From Lingula anatina (lineage: Eukaryota > Animalia > Brachiopoda), in NCBI GenBank assembly GCA_051362555.1, contig CM120640.1:48648788-48712787 (forward strand): a stretch of DNA of 64,000 nucleotides. The letters are read 5' to 3'. The translations under genes and the position numbers were made by a program. The notes beneath the pieces are model-generated. The model was not told where the DNA came from. It did not search any database and worked only from the letters and a program-made list of their open reading frames with translations. Below, piece after piece: positions 51,715-64,000 of the stretch (its first letter is position 1; each line of letters starts with the position of its first letter).

Positions 51715-53566
51715 TTAGCCCTGCAAAGATGGTTTAAGATTTCAAAATGAAATTTTACAATAATTAAAAAAAAATAATTGTTTGTCAAACGATAAAAATT
51801 CAGTGCAATCTTTGCACATGGTGCAACTTTGTTACTGAAAATATAGGCCTTCTTAAATGTTTATGCATTTCATATAATGCGCTATGGACCATATAGTTAC
51901 TGTATTAATTTTAAACATATATAAAACACTTGATAGAATTAAGTTGTACTTACAGTCCTCAGTATGTCTTTCCTTCAGAGAGATTCCTCATTGTCAAAAA
52001 TAAATTCAAGTCACCTGATTTTAGCCTTCATTTTCATTTGTGATAGAATGATGGAGAATATGGCTGCCTATGAGAACCTTTGGTATGCAGCAACACCCTG
52101 GTACATACTGGTGACAGTTGGTCCATGCTCTGAGACAGCTCGTTTTGCTTAGAAATACATAACACCAGCTGGTCAGAGGAGTGGTAATTTTGTTGTAATA
52201 AAAATTGTTGTAATTTTTGTAATAAAAATCATACGTCTCAGTAGTGGGATTATGATTAAACTTTTGAAGTGTTTATGACACAGAATATTATTGATTACTT
52301 CTAGGTGGGGTGAAAACATTCATGTAAAATTGAATAGATATTAATTAATACAAAATCAATATCCCTCATTAAATTCCAGTAAGGTCTTTGGGATGATTGA
52401 GACTGTTGGACAGAGTTACACAGGGATTCTGGGGATGGGAGATGACAGTCTCCAATAAGGGTCAATTGAAATTCCCTTGGGATGCCTTGGGATACGATCC
52501 ACTGGGATTGGAATTGACAGCCCCTTGGATATAATAGGTGGTGATGGCCCCAAGGAGTTGACAAGTTTGGGAACTGACAGTTATCAACAGATATAATTCT
52601 TATACTATAAAAACCAAGAAAATAAATTCACAGTTTTTATTTGTAATTTTCACACACCTGAACAAAATGTTACACATAGAATGGTTAAACATAATTGTAA
52701 GTTAATGTGGGTAAGTAATCATTACATGATTTCACCTACTTTTTATGTAACCTTTAAGATTTAAACAACTAAATCAATCGCTACTTATTTATTTTTTTAA
52801 ATTCTCTAGACAGAGCACATAATACAGAATTATGTCAACACTTCCATGCTAACTAATGGACAACATAATCTTGAGGCTTATTAGATTATCTTAAGTTTTA
52901 TAAAATATATAAGATACAAAACAACATTTAGAGACAACAAAGATATGACAGAAAATTGTCCTTATACTGGATTGTTCCTCTGTTGGGACGCAAAGAATAT
53001 GTTACTAGACAAAATATGGTTTTACTGGCCAAATAAAAAGTACTGTTAAAACATCTTTTCTTAAAACATAACTGTCATTATATCATATATACATTGTCAT
53101 GTCAAAAAATATATAAATGTATGTATAAAAAATCTGTAGACTATGTGTATAAATTTATCTTTTGGAAAATTGGGCAAGGCCAAGGAGTGTCCCCTCATTT
53201 TCAAAATAAAATGGAAGATTCAGACAATCTTTTTCAAAGGGGAATAAAAGTAAAGGGAAGACAAAGGCTGACAGATTCATTGTTCATGCATTGAAAAAAA
53301 AATGCACCATTTTGCAAATTTGTTAAACCAAGAAAGTGGACTGGGGGCAGTGAGTAATAATAATATTAATGATAATACTGACAATAATGAAATTATGATA
53401 ATAATAACAATCATATTTTTGATTTTTTACATCCAAAAGGAAAGAGTAACCCTTCTTGTATAAAAAAATCCATAAGCAGTAAATCAGATAAGATTTGATA
53501 AGTAATTTTACATTTTCATTAATTCTACTGAAATTTAAAGAACAATACAATTTCCAACATTTATAA

Positions 53567-56500
53567 TCAAGTGTTCCATGTTACATATCCAGCTTCATCC
53601 CTTGCATCCTCATAATACCGTTTTGGATAATATTTGCCTTTAACCTTATGGAGTGTAGCACCTAAAGGATTTTCAAGTAGTGGTGTTTCTGTGACAGGAA
53701 TTGTATCCATCTCATTAGGGTCATCATTTATGCTTCCCTTTTTAACAATCTTTTTTTCCTTGTCTAGAAAAACATAAGGCATATTTTCAAAGCATGTATT
53801 GCCATTTGCATGGGCAAACTTTGAGTATCCCTCCTTGGGGCATGTTTGTGGAACACAACATTGGGGGTAGTTAGTAAGTGCCTCTGATTTACAGAATGCA
53901 GAGGCAGCAGAGCTTGTTGATTCAGACTCCAGTGCACAGCTACCTCCACAACTTTCTTCATCTGCTCCATTATCATGAGTAGGGACTCCTGACTCCTACA
54001 AGGAGAGACATTTGCAGTTGCTTATACATGTATCAACATCATTTCAGTAGTTATGTAAGTAGCATACTTACTTTGTAGAACATTGTAGCCATTGTAAAAT
54101 ATTCTGTAGGAACTGATCCTTGTTGAGAGACACAAACTGATTTTATATGTTTTTTTTTTAATTAAAAAAATACAGTTACAATTTTTCAAATGATAAATCA
54201 TGAAGAAGAAATATATCCTTTTTAGATCTAAGATTAATCTAAGATCAACAACTTACTGCATTACTACTGCATTCTGTTCTGTAGCTGGAATAACCTGATG
54301 ATCCATGGCCATTGCATTTTTCATAATTCTACAAAAATATATAATGTATTACTTTTTTTTACAAGTGTTTATCTAATTTTAATTTCATTAAATTGTATTT
54401 TGCTTACAATCTTCCTTTTGGTATAGAAATGGACAACATTCAATTTGTCATTTGTTCTGTCTGTGGTATTCCATAAAATTAGAATTTTGACTGGATAAGA
54501 CTTATTCATGTACTCCTCTCCCTAGGTAAATGTGTAACAAACTCAAATATTGTACTTTCATATGACAAGAAAGGAAAAGGGTAAAAACACTCTTAAAGAA
54601 AAAAGAAAGGGTTCTAAGACTTACTTCTTCAAGAAGCCATAACTGTTACAATAATATTATAATCATTGACAACATACCATTTATATTTGAAAAAGGTTGG
54701 ACATAGAATATAAATGACTGTCTGGGGGGGGGGGGGGGGGGGTCTTTCAAATCCTATGAATATCTCTGTCCTAACCTGTAATTAGGTCAAATAGGATCTA
54801 CTACATCAAGATGTAGTGAGGTAATCAATTAGTTATAATTGTCTTTATACCTGGAATGAGTACTCCACCACCTCAGGGACTGGTTTGGGTACACTGATAG
54901 GGATTAAGAAACATTTCCTTAAGTAATGATGGAATCTGAAAACAAGAGAATAATTCTATGTAAAATGTATATTTGTCTATGTTTAAATTAAATATTAAGA
55001 CAAATTGGACAAATATCCGATATAGTGTACTGGAAGTAGGATTAAAAGCTGATAAATTAAATACTAGGAGATGCTGAATGATCATCTTTTAATCAGGAAA
55101 CATGTATTTTCTGGGTACAGATCTGCACATCTAAACTCATGAGGTGCACCTAAATATGCAATCTTTATAATGTACATAGGAATTTACAAAATTTGTGGCA
55201 TGTGCAGTGCACTTTATAGTCTCTAGTCCTTTATCAATTATGTATGTACACTTCTTTTCAAGTCAATGTTGGTTTTATATTAACAAATAACAAATATTCA
55301 TTGAAGAGCTTTATATAGACAAAAGAACTATAGTACATACTTGCTTCCCACAACAATTGCTCCCAAGAGAAAAAGTAAAAATACGACGAAGGTTGGAATG
55401 AATACACTGTCAAAAGGTATACCTGGGAAAAGAATACGCATTAGAATTAGAATTAGCATTCATACGTTGAACAAATGCATATACTGAACAAGTTATAGAT
55501 AGTTATAATGTAATTGATACCTTAAAATCCTAGAAACACTTAGTCCAAAAATAAAATAAAATAAAAAATAATAATAATAATAAATAAATAAATAAATAAC
55601 AAAAACTGTATAGTGACCATTTGCATTAGGTTGATAGCTAAATCCTCCAGTTACTTAATTAAAAAACTTTTTCTCAAGCTGACCTTTGTGATAGGAACAC
55701 GTGAACTATTCCCAAGAGCAACTGAGTGTTATATGTCTGACTTGTGTTCCAAATTAGTTGGCCAAAAGTGAAAGTCACATATAACACAGAAGAAAGTACA
55801 GGTAATGACATTCATTATATGTGGCATGGCCAGGCTCAACCATTCAAAAACTCACTGGTCTGAGCCAGTTACAAATTAAAAGTGCAGATCCAAGTTCGTT
55901 AGTCTGTAACCTTTTTTCTTTTTGTTATTATTCCAAGTTTTGCTGGGAATTGTTAGCAGAGGGTAAGTTCAGTGATGCTTTTAGTGTTCTTTTGGCAGGG
56001 TTATAATACTTTTAATCAATGTATATATTAAGTAAAATTTTGAGTCCATATTTCAATTTTTAGTCAAATGTTCTTTCAAAAGGACACACCATCAGTTTGC
56101 AGAAGATATATTTCAACAGTGTTTTACTGCAAAATCACAATTTGTATACTTTGCACATCATACCTACCATAAGTGCCAATGAAACCAACATGAACTGTTG
56201 TTGCCTCACTCCAGAAGCCCCCCATATTTGGCTTGCTGCACACAGTGATTGTGTAAGCATAGACATCTAGATGCAATGCAAGAAGCTCAACGGATGCACT
56301 CTCATTGGAGAGGGCTGTTATGTGGTGACTCTAGAAGCAAAAAGAAATATTGCAGTAGTAAAGACTGAAAGATTTACGCTTTGTTTCTTTGTAGTGTCAC
56401 TAGTATTAGTTGTAAAGGGTTTACGGGTATTGTAAATTAACCCTTTATTATCATCCAGATACTGAAAATGAGTTTTTTTTTCTCCATCTAATTATTCAAT

Positions 56501-59500
56501 AATGCATCTGTCTTTGTGCTGATTTAAAACAATGTATAAGCATATGCAACTCAAAGCTTTAATCCTCAATTTAACACCTTTCTATTTTGAGGTGATATAT
56601 AGCAATCAGTATGGGGTGTAACTTAATCCCTGAACAAGATTTTATCACAGAAATTGGCAGAGTTGACCAGGCATGTATAGGCTATACAATCCAGTGCCAT
56701 CATTTTGGTTTAAATGTTTTTATAATGGAGTTATGAGCCCCAAATTACAGATTTTCATTAAATAAAGGCATTAGGGAAAATCGCTGGCAGGGTTTTGGAG
56801 TACAAACTAGTTTCATTAAATGGGTGTTGAAATTGTGATTGTGAGTGCTCAGGTAAAAGTGAAATTTGAAAAACCAATTTTTCAGTTTTTGCCCCAAAAT
56901 CGCAATTATGACGCCACCCATCAGATGACATACATATATGTGTAAATGTCCATTAATTTAGTCATTGAACACTCAAGATTTATTTATTACTCAAAAGAGT
57001 GTAATAGTATGTAAGGCAGTACGTACGTAAATAAGGAGTTTTGGGTGAAGGGTGACAATATATACAATTAATGGTTGGCCTGTCACTTTGTTTATTTTTA
57101 AAATTTTATCAATTTTTTATTAATTAAAAACAACAACATGTACCTGTAATCCAACTTACCTCCAGGGGCTGTCCAGACAGTAGAGATATGTTAATCTGAT
57201 AGTCTAGAGGCACTGGATGCACATAAGAAGGAAAAACTGGAGGTTGCCAAGACAGTCGAGGGGCAACAAAAATAATGTCATTGGATGGAATTGGTGCAGG
57301 TTGGACTGGAATAGTAAAACAGAGGACTGTTTGACACCATTCAGATAGACACATTGTACAAGTTTGGTAGGCCCAAATCTAGGGGGGGGGGGGTTCTTGT
57401 AATCAGTGTCAATTGTTTGACACTCTTCCTTGAGCAGCTAGGGGATAATTAACCCAGATACAAACTCCCTAGTTGCTCGAGGTGTGTCATGCAGTTGAGC
57501 TGATTGCACCTAGCAAGAACCCCTGCAGAGTTGGACCAACCCAATTAGTATGTATCTATCTAAATGTTCTCTTAGTAGTGCTCAATATTTCTCAACTGGG
57601 ACTGGTTCACCATCAAGGCAGTTGCACTGAAATATTCTCTAGTCACATTCCATGTAAAGATATTAAAATAGCCTTCAACTTCTAAGTTCTAAGCTTGAGA
57701 CTTAAATATGCATGGTGATCAAACATGCACTTCACCAATGAATCCAGTGGATTATAATAATAATAATATGTATTGTAAAAATAATGAGAAAGTGAAAGCT
57801 GTATCCGAAAAAGGATATATTATCACATATTTCATCAGCAGTGAGACTTCACTGTTTATAAACAGTAAATTATTAAGTAAGTAAATTATTATTTTAAAAA
57901 ATATAAGAATTAATAAAGATGAAACATATAGTGTTTACCCAGGCTAGCATTTGTATATACCACCAACTGGTCACTTGAAGCTGTCCCTAGGGCATTTTCT
58001 GCTTGAACCTTGATCCATATCATATCATTGATCCACAGGGTGTCAGAGCCATTCTCTGAACTGGTGGTCCAGTTGCAGGCTGGGACACTGGGTTCTGGGT
58101 GCTTGCAGCTACTCCAACTGGAAATTTAATGTGAGAGCACATAGGATTGATATCACCTTAAATGTGCAGTGATTAATGCTGGTTAAAAAACAAAGATATT
58201 ACAGATTGTCATGCTCACAATTCACAAATATATATTACATTTTCAATGTAAAGGTAATTAAGTGTGCTTTTTTGTGTATTGCTTTTATTAATATGGCTGG
58301 CTGATTTATGTACAGTTATATGTCCCTTACTTATGATCAGATATTCTTCTTTTCCAATAGGCATTCCAAGTTGTGCTGAGAAGAGGGTTTCTTCCTTGAT
58401 TCCAAGAACATGACAAAATTTCAAAGTTGTAGAAGACACACTTTACATCTGTTGGTGCATCTAAATCTGAAATTGGGAAACATCTAAATTAGATATTAGG
58501 TATACAGGTGTGTTTATGTTGACTTCTAAATTTCTACTAAATAAAGCAAACAAAAAAGGTCAGTTATTAAATCCCTGTAATGCACAGTTTCTTAGGTCTA
58601 TGTAAATAACTCAATATTTTCAAAAGGGAAATTGTGAATTTTACAGATACTATTTTTCTAAGTTATAAATTCTTAGAATAAGGTTCATACTATTGAGTGG
58701 CAGCAACAAAACTGGAAAACTGACTACCTCACAGTTACACTTTAAACAGTTAAAGCAACACAAATGCAACACAGAAAAACACTTCTAATATTAATATTCT
58801 AAAATTATGTATCTGAAAATAAATAATTTTTCCCCATGGAAAATACAGAGTCATTACCATATTTTACAGACAGCTGACATACACAGCTAGGTATGACAGT
58901 TTGCCCTCTGCATGACTCCAGATCATAATTATACAGATACACTTGCAAGGTAAAAAAGACTCTTAATTTTTGCCTCATTGTGCATTACATAATATTCTTT
59001 GGAAAAGGAGGTGACTGGGTCAGAATCACATTCGATCCCTTGAAATAAGTTATAATTATCTTAATAATCACATCCCTGTTATAAGAAAGATAATAAACAA
59101 AGAATATTCAAGCTGTGCATTATAAAACTAGTCTGGCAAAAAGGAAAAAAATTAACAATGGTATGGCATGTCTTATGGTCTGTCGATTAAATGTCAGGCA
59201 ATAAGAGTCATGCAAGATTAAAAAAGGTCTGAACATTAATGAAACAATGGATCAAATCAGCTAAAGCTAACTGGGAAGGCTGTGATATAGACAGTACAAT
59301 CATTACAAACAATAACAGACACCTTGAACCTATAGAAAAATTAGGATATCATATGATACAGTTGTTTTTGCTCAAATACAGTTCTAAATTTGCATTAAAC
59401 ATGGTACTGAAATATTATAAAGAAACATTAGACTTTAATTTGATCATTTTTTTAAAAGATAGGTGTCTGTAAATGAACTTTAAGCACTTACATCCCACAG

Positions 59501-60431
59501 TAAGTAACTGCCCCCCTTGCAGTGTTTTATTATAGAAGCACTCATACTGTCCAGCATCTTCTTCCTGAACGTTTCTCACTTGTAACAATGCTGTTGTTTG
59601 GGAAATCAGCTTCGGGTGAGAGTCCAAACTTGTTCTGGGTCTCAGAAATTCAAGCAGTTTCAGGTTTATCTTATCTGTATCATCTACAGTACAGGTTAGA
59701 TTCAGAGTAGTGCCAATCTGTAGAATGGGGTCCCTAGGTAGTACCCTGGACACTAAAGAAAAGTGAGAAAATGATGACAGATACCACTGAAAATTAAAGA
59801 TCCACTAGCTATTTTGGGCTGTAGATGACATCTTGTTTCTAATATGTTATAAAAAACTGACATTATTAAATTTGTACTTTTTATAGTTAGCATGGTATTC
59901 TATCTGATAGGCATTATATAGGGATGAGCTTTAATTCCCCTTTTTTTACATTTTCTTGTGAATTCATAATGTGTCAGTTTGATTACAAGAATTTTAAATA
60001 CTCAGATTTTAAACATGAAGCCTGTGGACAGATTGATCCTGTAGAGAACAGCTTGGTCCCACTTATTTACACTTTCACAATTGTACGTGCTAGGTGTTTT
60101 GTACAACTGTAAAGTGTATTAAGGTCAGCTTATTTGTAATAAATTGTCTTAATCTTGATACAGTCAAATATATACATAGCTCAGAACTGATACCATGATA
60201 AAAGCTGCACATGGCAATGATATATTAAATGTTGCTCTTTTTACTTGCCTAAAATTTTCTTAATAGAGTAGCATTGTAATATTGCATTTGTGTAGATTTC
60301 ATTTTTGTCACTATTAGTAAATCTTTGTTAAATTAACCCATGTATTGTCCTATTCAGAAATGTAACCCACCTGAAGATTTGACCCAGTAAAGTAATAATA
60401 TTGATAAAGTCCTCAAAATCCACCTTTGCAT
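53567..60431 (-). CDS. Type I cytokine receptor-like protein (signal peptide, Ig, cytokine-binding FN3 pair, TM, Box1-like motif, Tyr-containing tail), ~573 aa
   Basis: Exons 60431-60371 (signal MQRWILRTLSILLLYWVKSS), 59752-59492 (Ig: LNLTC…DAGQYEC), 58460-58331 (KCVFYNFEILSCSW), 58117-57939 (WSSC…ACNW…WIKVQAENALG), 57305-57160 (LSWQPP…LDYQI), 56330-56168 (YTITVCSKPNMGGFWSEAT), 55422-55341 (TM), 54935-54851 (LIPISVPKPVP…YSFQ), 54521-54408, 54328-54257, 53995-53567. The extracellular part is well supported; splicing of the cytoplasmic exons is less certain. Confidence 0.85.
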
Positions 60432-62076
60432 TCTGTTAGAGCTGCATACGCCTCCTATTGCTGAGTTGTTGTTGACTGTTTGTCCAAAAAAAAAAAAAAA
60501 AAAAATACACTATAGAACTAATACCAAAAATGAACTTAAAGAATAAACAACGGATGCAATTAATGTTACTGCAATACTTGAGTTTTATATATTAAGGCTT
60601 TCAGAGATTCACTGGATCAATGCCTTGTCAAAATCAATCACACAAAACTGAAAAAGTAAAATATTCAGTTTAAAAGCCAACACTTAAATATGAAGCTCTC
60701 ACAAAGCACTACAAAGCAAGTTAATATATATGAATTTAAAATGGATAAATTAAGTGTATTGTAAGTGGTAAAGTTGATTTTAAAAACTTTAATTTGAGTC
60801 ACATCATGCATTTATGATGCATTTAGTTTTTAAGTTATTAATAAAATTTCTTTACCTTCAACTGTCACATGCTGTTCTTGGTGTACTTCATCTGAGGTAA
60901 GTCACTGGATGTCAACTATAGAAAAGACTTGACTTTTGTCCATCATCTGTGCACTGTGTTAATGGATGGTCAATACTTCAAGAAGGCTTATAATTGCTCA
61001 AATGTACCTGAGAGCAGTCAGTGAAATAAACTATCATTACCATGGGATGTAAAATCAATAAAAGAAAACTACTAGCACCAATGCAAAAATACTAGTATTT
61101 AAAACATCTTGTAGTACTGGTAGTTACCTATACTTTTCAGCATGTTGTTTGGAAAAGCAATCTCTGCAAGTAGACCTGTAATGGTCCACATCTGTGTACT
61201 TACTCGATAAATAAAAAGCATTCTTAAAGATTTTATATTGGGTCACACCAGTCACATGCTCAGATTTAATACTTGTATACACAACCCTTGTTTATATGGC
61301 CAATTCCTTTCTTTATGCTTTTCATTCTGTTGTATACTTTCTGCTTTGCTGATCACCATAACTGTTTTATCAAAAGAGTACACAAATTGAGCCTTTAATA
61401 CTCTTCATCCAAGCAGAAAACTTCCTTAATAAAAAAGCTGTTTTTTGAATGCACACAGCATCAGTAAATAACTCAGCAAGTACCTAGTAATTGTTCACAT
61501 AAGATTTTCCAAAAGTGTTGCAATATTTGGTATTTTTGAATACTATTGTGATCCCAAGAACTATACTTTCTTCTTTTTGGATCCGATCTAGACTTAATCT
61601 AGCTACCATTTTGAATTGGACAAAAATATATGCCACTGGGGGCCCAAGGCACTGCCCACCTGTATAGGCCTTAGAGTGCATTAGCTCTTATTGTGACACA
61701 ACACAGTGCGGAAAGTAACTGAACAAGTACCACATACTGTACAACATGTCCTTATTTTCAAATAAGTGTGGCTTATATATAATCACTGGTATACCATGAT
61801 AACTCACCACAGCTAAAGCATTCATTATATATACTCTTCTGATGCATCTTTTTATGTTACTTCCAACGTGAAAAAGTGAGAAATTTGTGTGTATCTCTTA
61901 CTTGGCCTTAGTCAAACAAAAGAAAATAATGGCCCTTAAAGTGGCAGTGACCTGGATAAGTCACTATTTAACTAGGCCATTGATCTAAGGTTGGAACTTG
62001 ATAGAGTGTTGGTCATTTGGGTCAGTAAAGGTACAGGTACATGTACGGGTACATCACCCCGGTGAAGTTGATTCCT

Positions 62077-62733
62077 GGTTCCTTATTCCTTATTCGGTTA
62101 CTTATTCAAATGTGAAGTTGGTTACTTATTCCCGGTTCCTTATTCGGTTACTTATTCAACTTTTTTATGTTTTTTTATGATTTTGATGCTAGAATACCTG
62201 TTTCATCATACTAGCACCCCCTCTTCATCTAGATGACACCCTAAAATTGTTAAATATACCAATAAAAACACAAAATATAACCCATTCCTTATTCAAAAGT
62301 CCTGTTACTTATTCGGTTACTTATTCCTTATTCGGTTACTTATTCCTTATTCGGTTACTTATTCAACTTTTTTATGTTTTTTTATGATTTTGATGCTAAA
62401 ATACCTGTTTCATCATACTAGCACCCCCTCTTCATCTAGATGACACCCTAAAATTGTTAAATATACCACTAAAAACACAAAATATAACCCATTACTTATT
62501 CAAAAGTCCTGTTACTTTATTTTTTTGGTGGTATATTTAACAATTTTAGGGTGTCATCTAGATGAAGAGGGGGTGCTAGTATGATGAAACAGGTATTCTA
62601 GCATCAAAATCATAAAAAAACATAAAAAAGTTGAATAAGTAACCGAATAAGGAACCGGGAATAAGTAACCAACTTCACATTTGAATAAGTAACCGAATAA
62701 GGAATAAGGAACCAGGAATCAACTTCACAGGGG
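62077..62733. mobile_element. Foldback/MITE element with ~185-bp terminal inverted repeats and an internal direct duplication
   Basis: 62077-~62260 (ccccggtgaagttgattcctggttccttattcc…aaatatacca) is the near-perfect reverse complement of ~62529-62733. ~62136-62310 is repeated directly at ~62344-62517. Built from cttattcggtta/cttattc subunits. No clean TSD (ca / ta). Confidence 0.88.
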
Positions 62734-64000
62734 TATTTTTGGGACTAAAACATCATTCTCGGTTTCCTGATTTTCTCAGGCACCTGGACAGCTATAAACA
62801 TGCTTTTACTTGAACAAAGTACTACATGTACAAAAGGAGTTCTTGCACAAAGAAGTTCTTGTTCATGAATATCTTTGGGTTATCTATGTCTCTAAGTCAT
62901 ACTAGATTAATATTCAGATCATTAGTAGGTTCTTTTACTAATTTAAACTACAGTAGTGCAATACCTGTACCGTGGTGTGTCATCTTGTCATCAGTGTTTT
63001 GTTATTTCCTTAATGAATTGTTGGAGCAAGGTACGTACGTGTAAGGAGTGAGAATTTTTTATCTTTTAATGTAGGAATTAAACATGCTGGTTATCTATGC
63101 AGTATGTTCATCAAACTGAAAATCTCAGTGTGGCACCAGGTGCACAATTATATCAACTCTCTAATATCACACATATTATTTGATGTCAATATTGTAGATG
63201 GCATTTGAGATACATGAGCTGCTGTGCAGTACAAAAAATAAAAAGATAAAAATGCACACAATGAAATACTAGTTTTTGGAAAAAATAAATGCCAGATGCA
63301 GGAGTCAGTGAATTTCATTAATTTTTGTAGTTATATGTACATTACTTCACAAAAATATTCATGAATGAATTGAGGTACATGAAATTATCACACATATGAC
63401 ACAATTTTTAATTATAATGAAACAAAGTTGATCAAAAACTCCAAAGTCAACCACAGTATACTGGCAGTTACTTGACAACCTATAGCTAACCAGAAATTCC
63501 AGTTATTTATTTACATCTACACATCGATTCTTTAATTATGAAGGAGACCTTGTAAGTCATAGTAGTACAGTACAATGCCATATTTTTTCATTTGATAATT
63601 CTAGAATTTAATGAGTCTTTATTTAAAAAATAACACATGAAAAACTTCAAACCACATTACCTTTTTAATGCTACAAAAATGGATACTGCCAATTTGTTTA
63701 GATTATCCAAGTTTTACACAAAATGAATTTGCATAATCCACCAATATTAACAGATCTGGCAGATGAAACGTTATCAAAAGCAACAGCATATTAAGGTTTA
63801 ACCTGGAATAACCAATAGTATACCCAATGTTTTTTTTCCATTTGTAAAAAAAATGGGTGCAACAAAAAGTTTGATTTCCATAAAAAATCAATCAATCACT
63901 GTTGTGAACCAACATATTAACTTGTCTGGCCTATAGGTGAATTTATGGTATAAGGTTTTAGGGTCACATACCTCTCTCCCCTTTAGACCTCCCAAATCTG

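Noticed and set aside
54408-54521. SEFIR/TIR-like start (VKILILWN…) in the receptor tail
   Set aside because: The resemblance covers only one strand; the downstream sequence is low-complexity and does not continue the fold.

Overview
AT-rich, intron-containing eukaryotic DNA. It is most likely a marine invertebrate (inferred from the gene content and Helentron-type repeats; species not identifiable). Four spliced protein-coding genes could be assembled by hand with GT-AG introns and consistent exon phases. (1) A minus-strand ~1,700-aa endocytic-adaptor-like protein: two tandem EH domains, a coiled coil, DPF/FxDxF motifs, and one 3.4-kb exon carrying six copies of an EYFPENQCKS[VI]PD[LF] motif I do not recognise. 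(2) ATP6V0B (V-ATPase c'' subunit, + strand), head-to-head with gene 1 across 274 bp; its last intron is almost entirely two nested Helentron/HINE-type elements with ~161-bp and 146-bp tandem arrays. (3) A minus-strand PLPPR-like lipid phosphate pseudo-phosphatase. (4) A minus-strand short type I cytokine receptor (Ig + cytokine-binding module + TM + Box1-like tail). Three MITE/foldback elements and several simple repeats are also present. All models and coordinates were read manually; no database searches were run.
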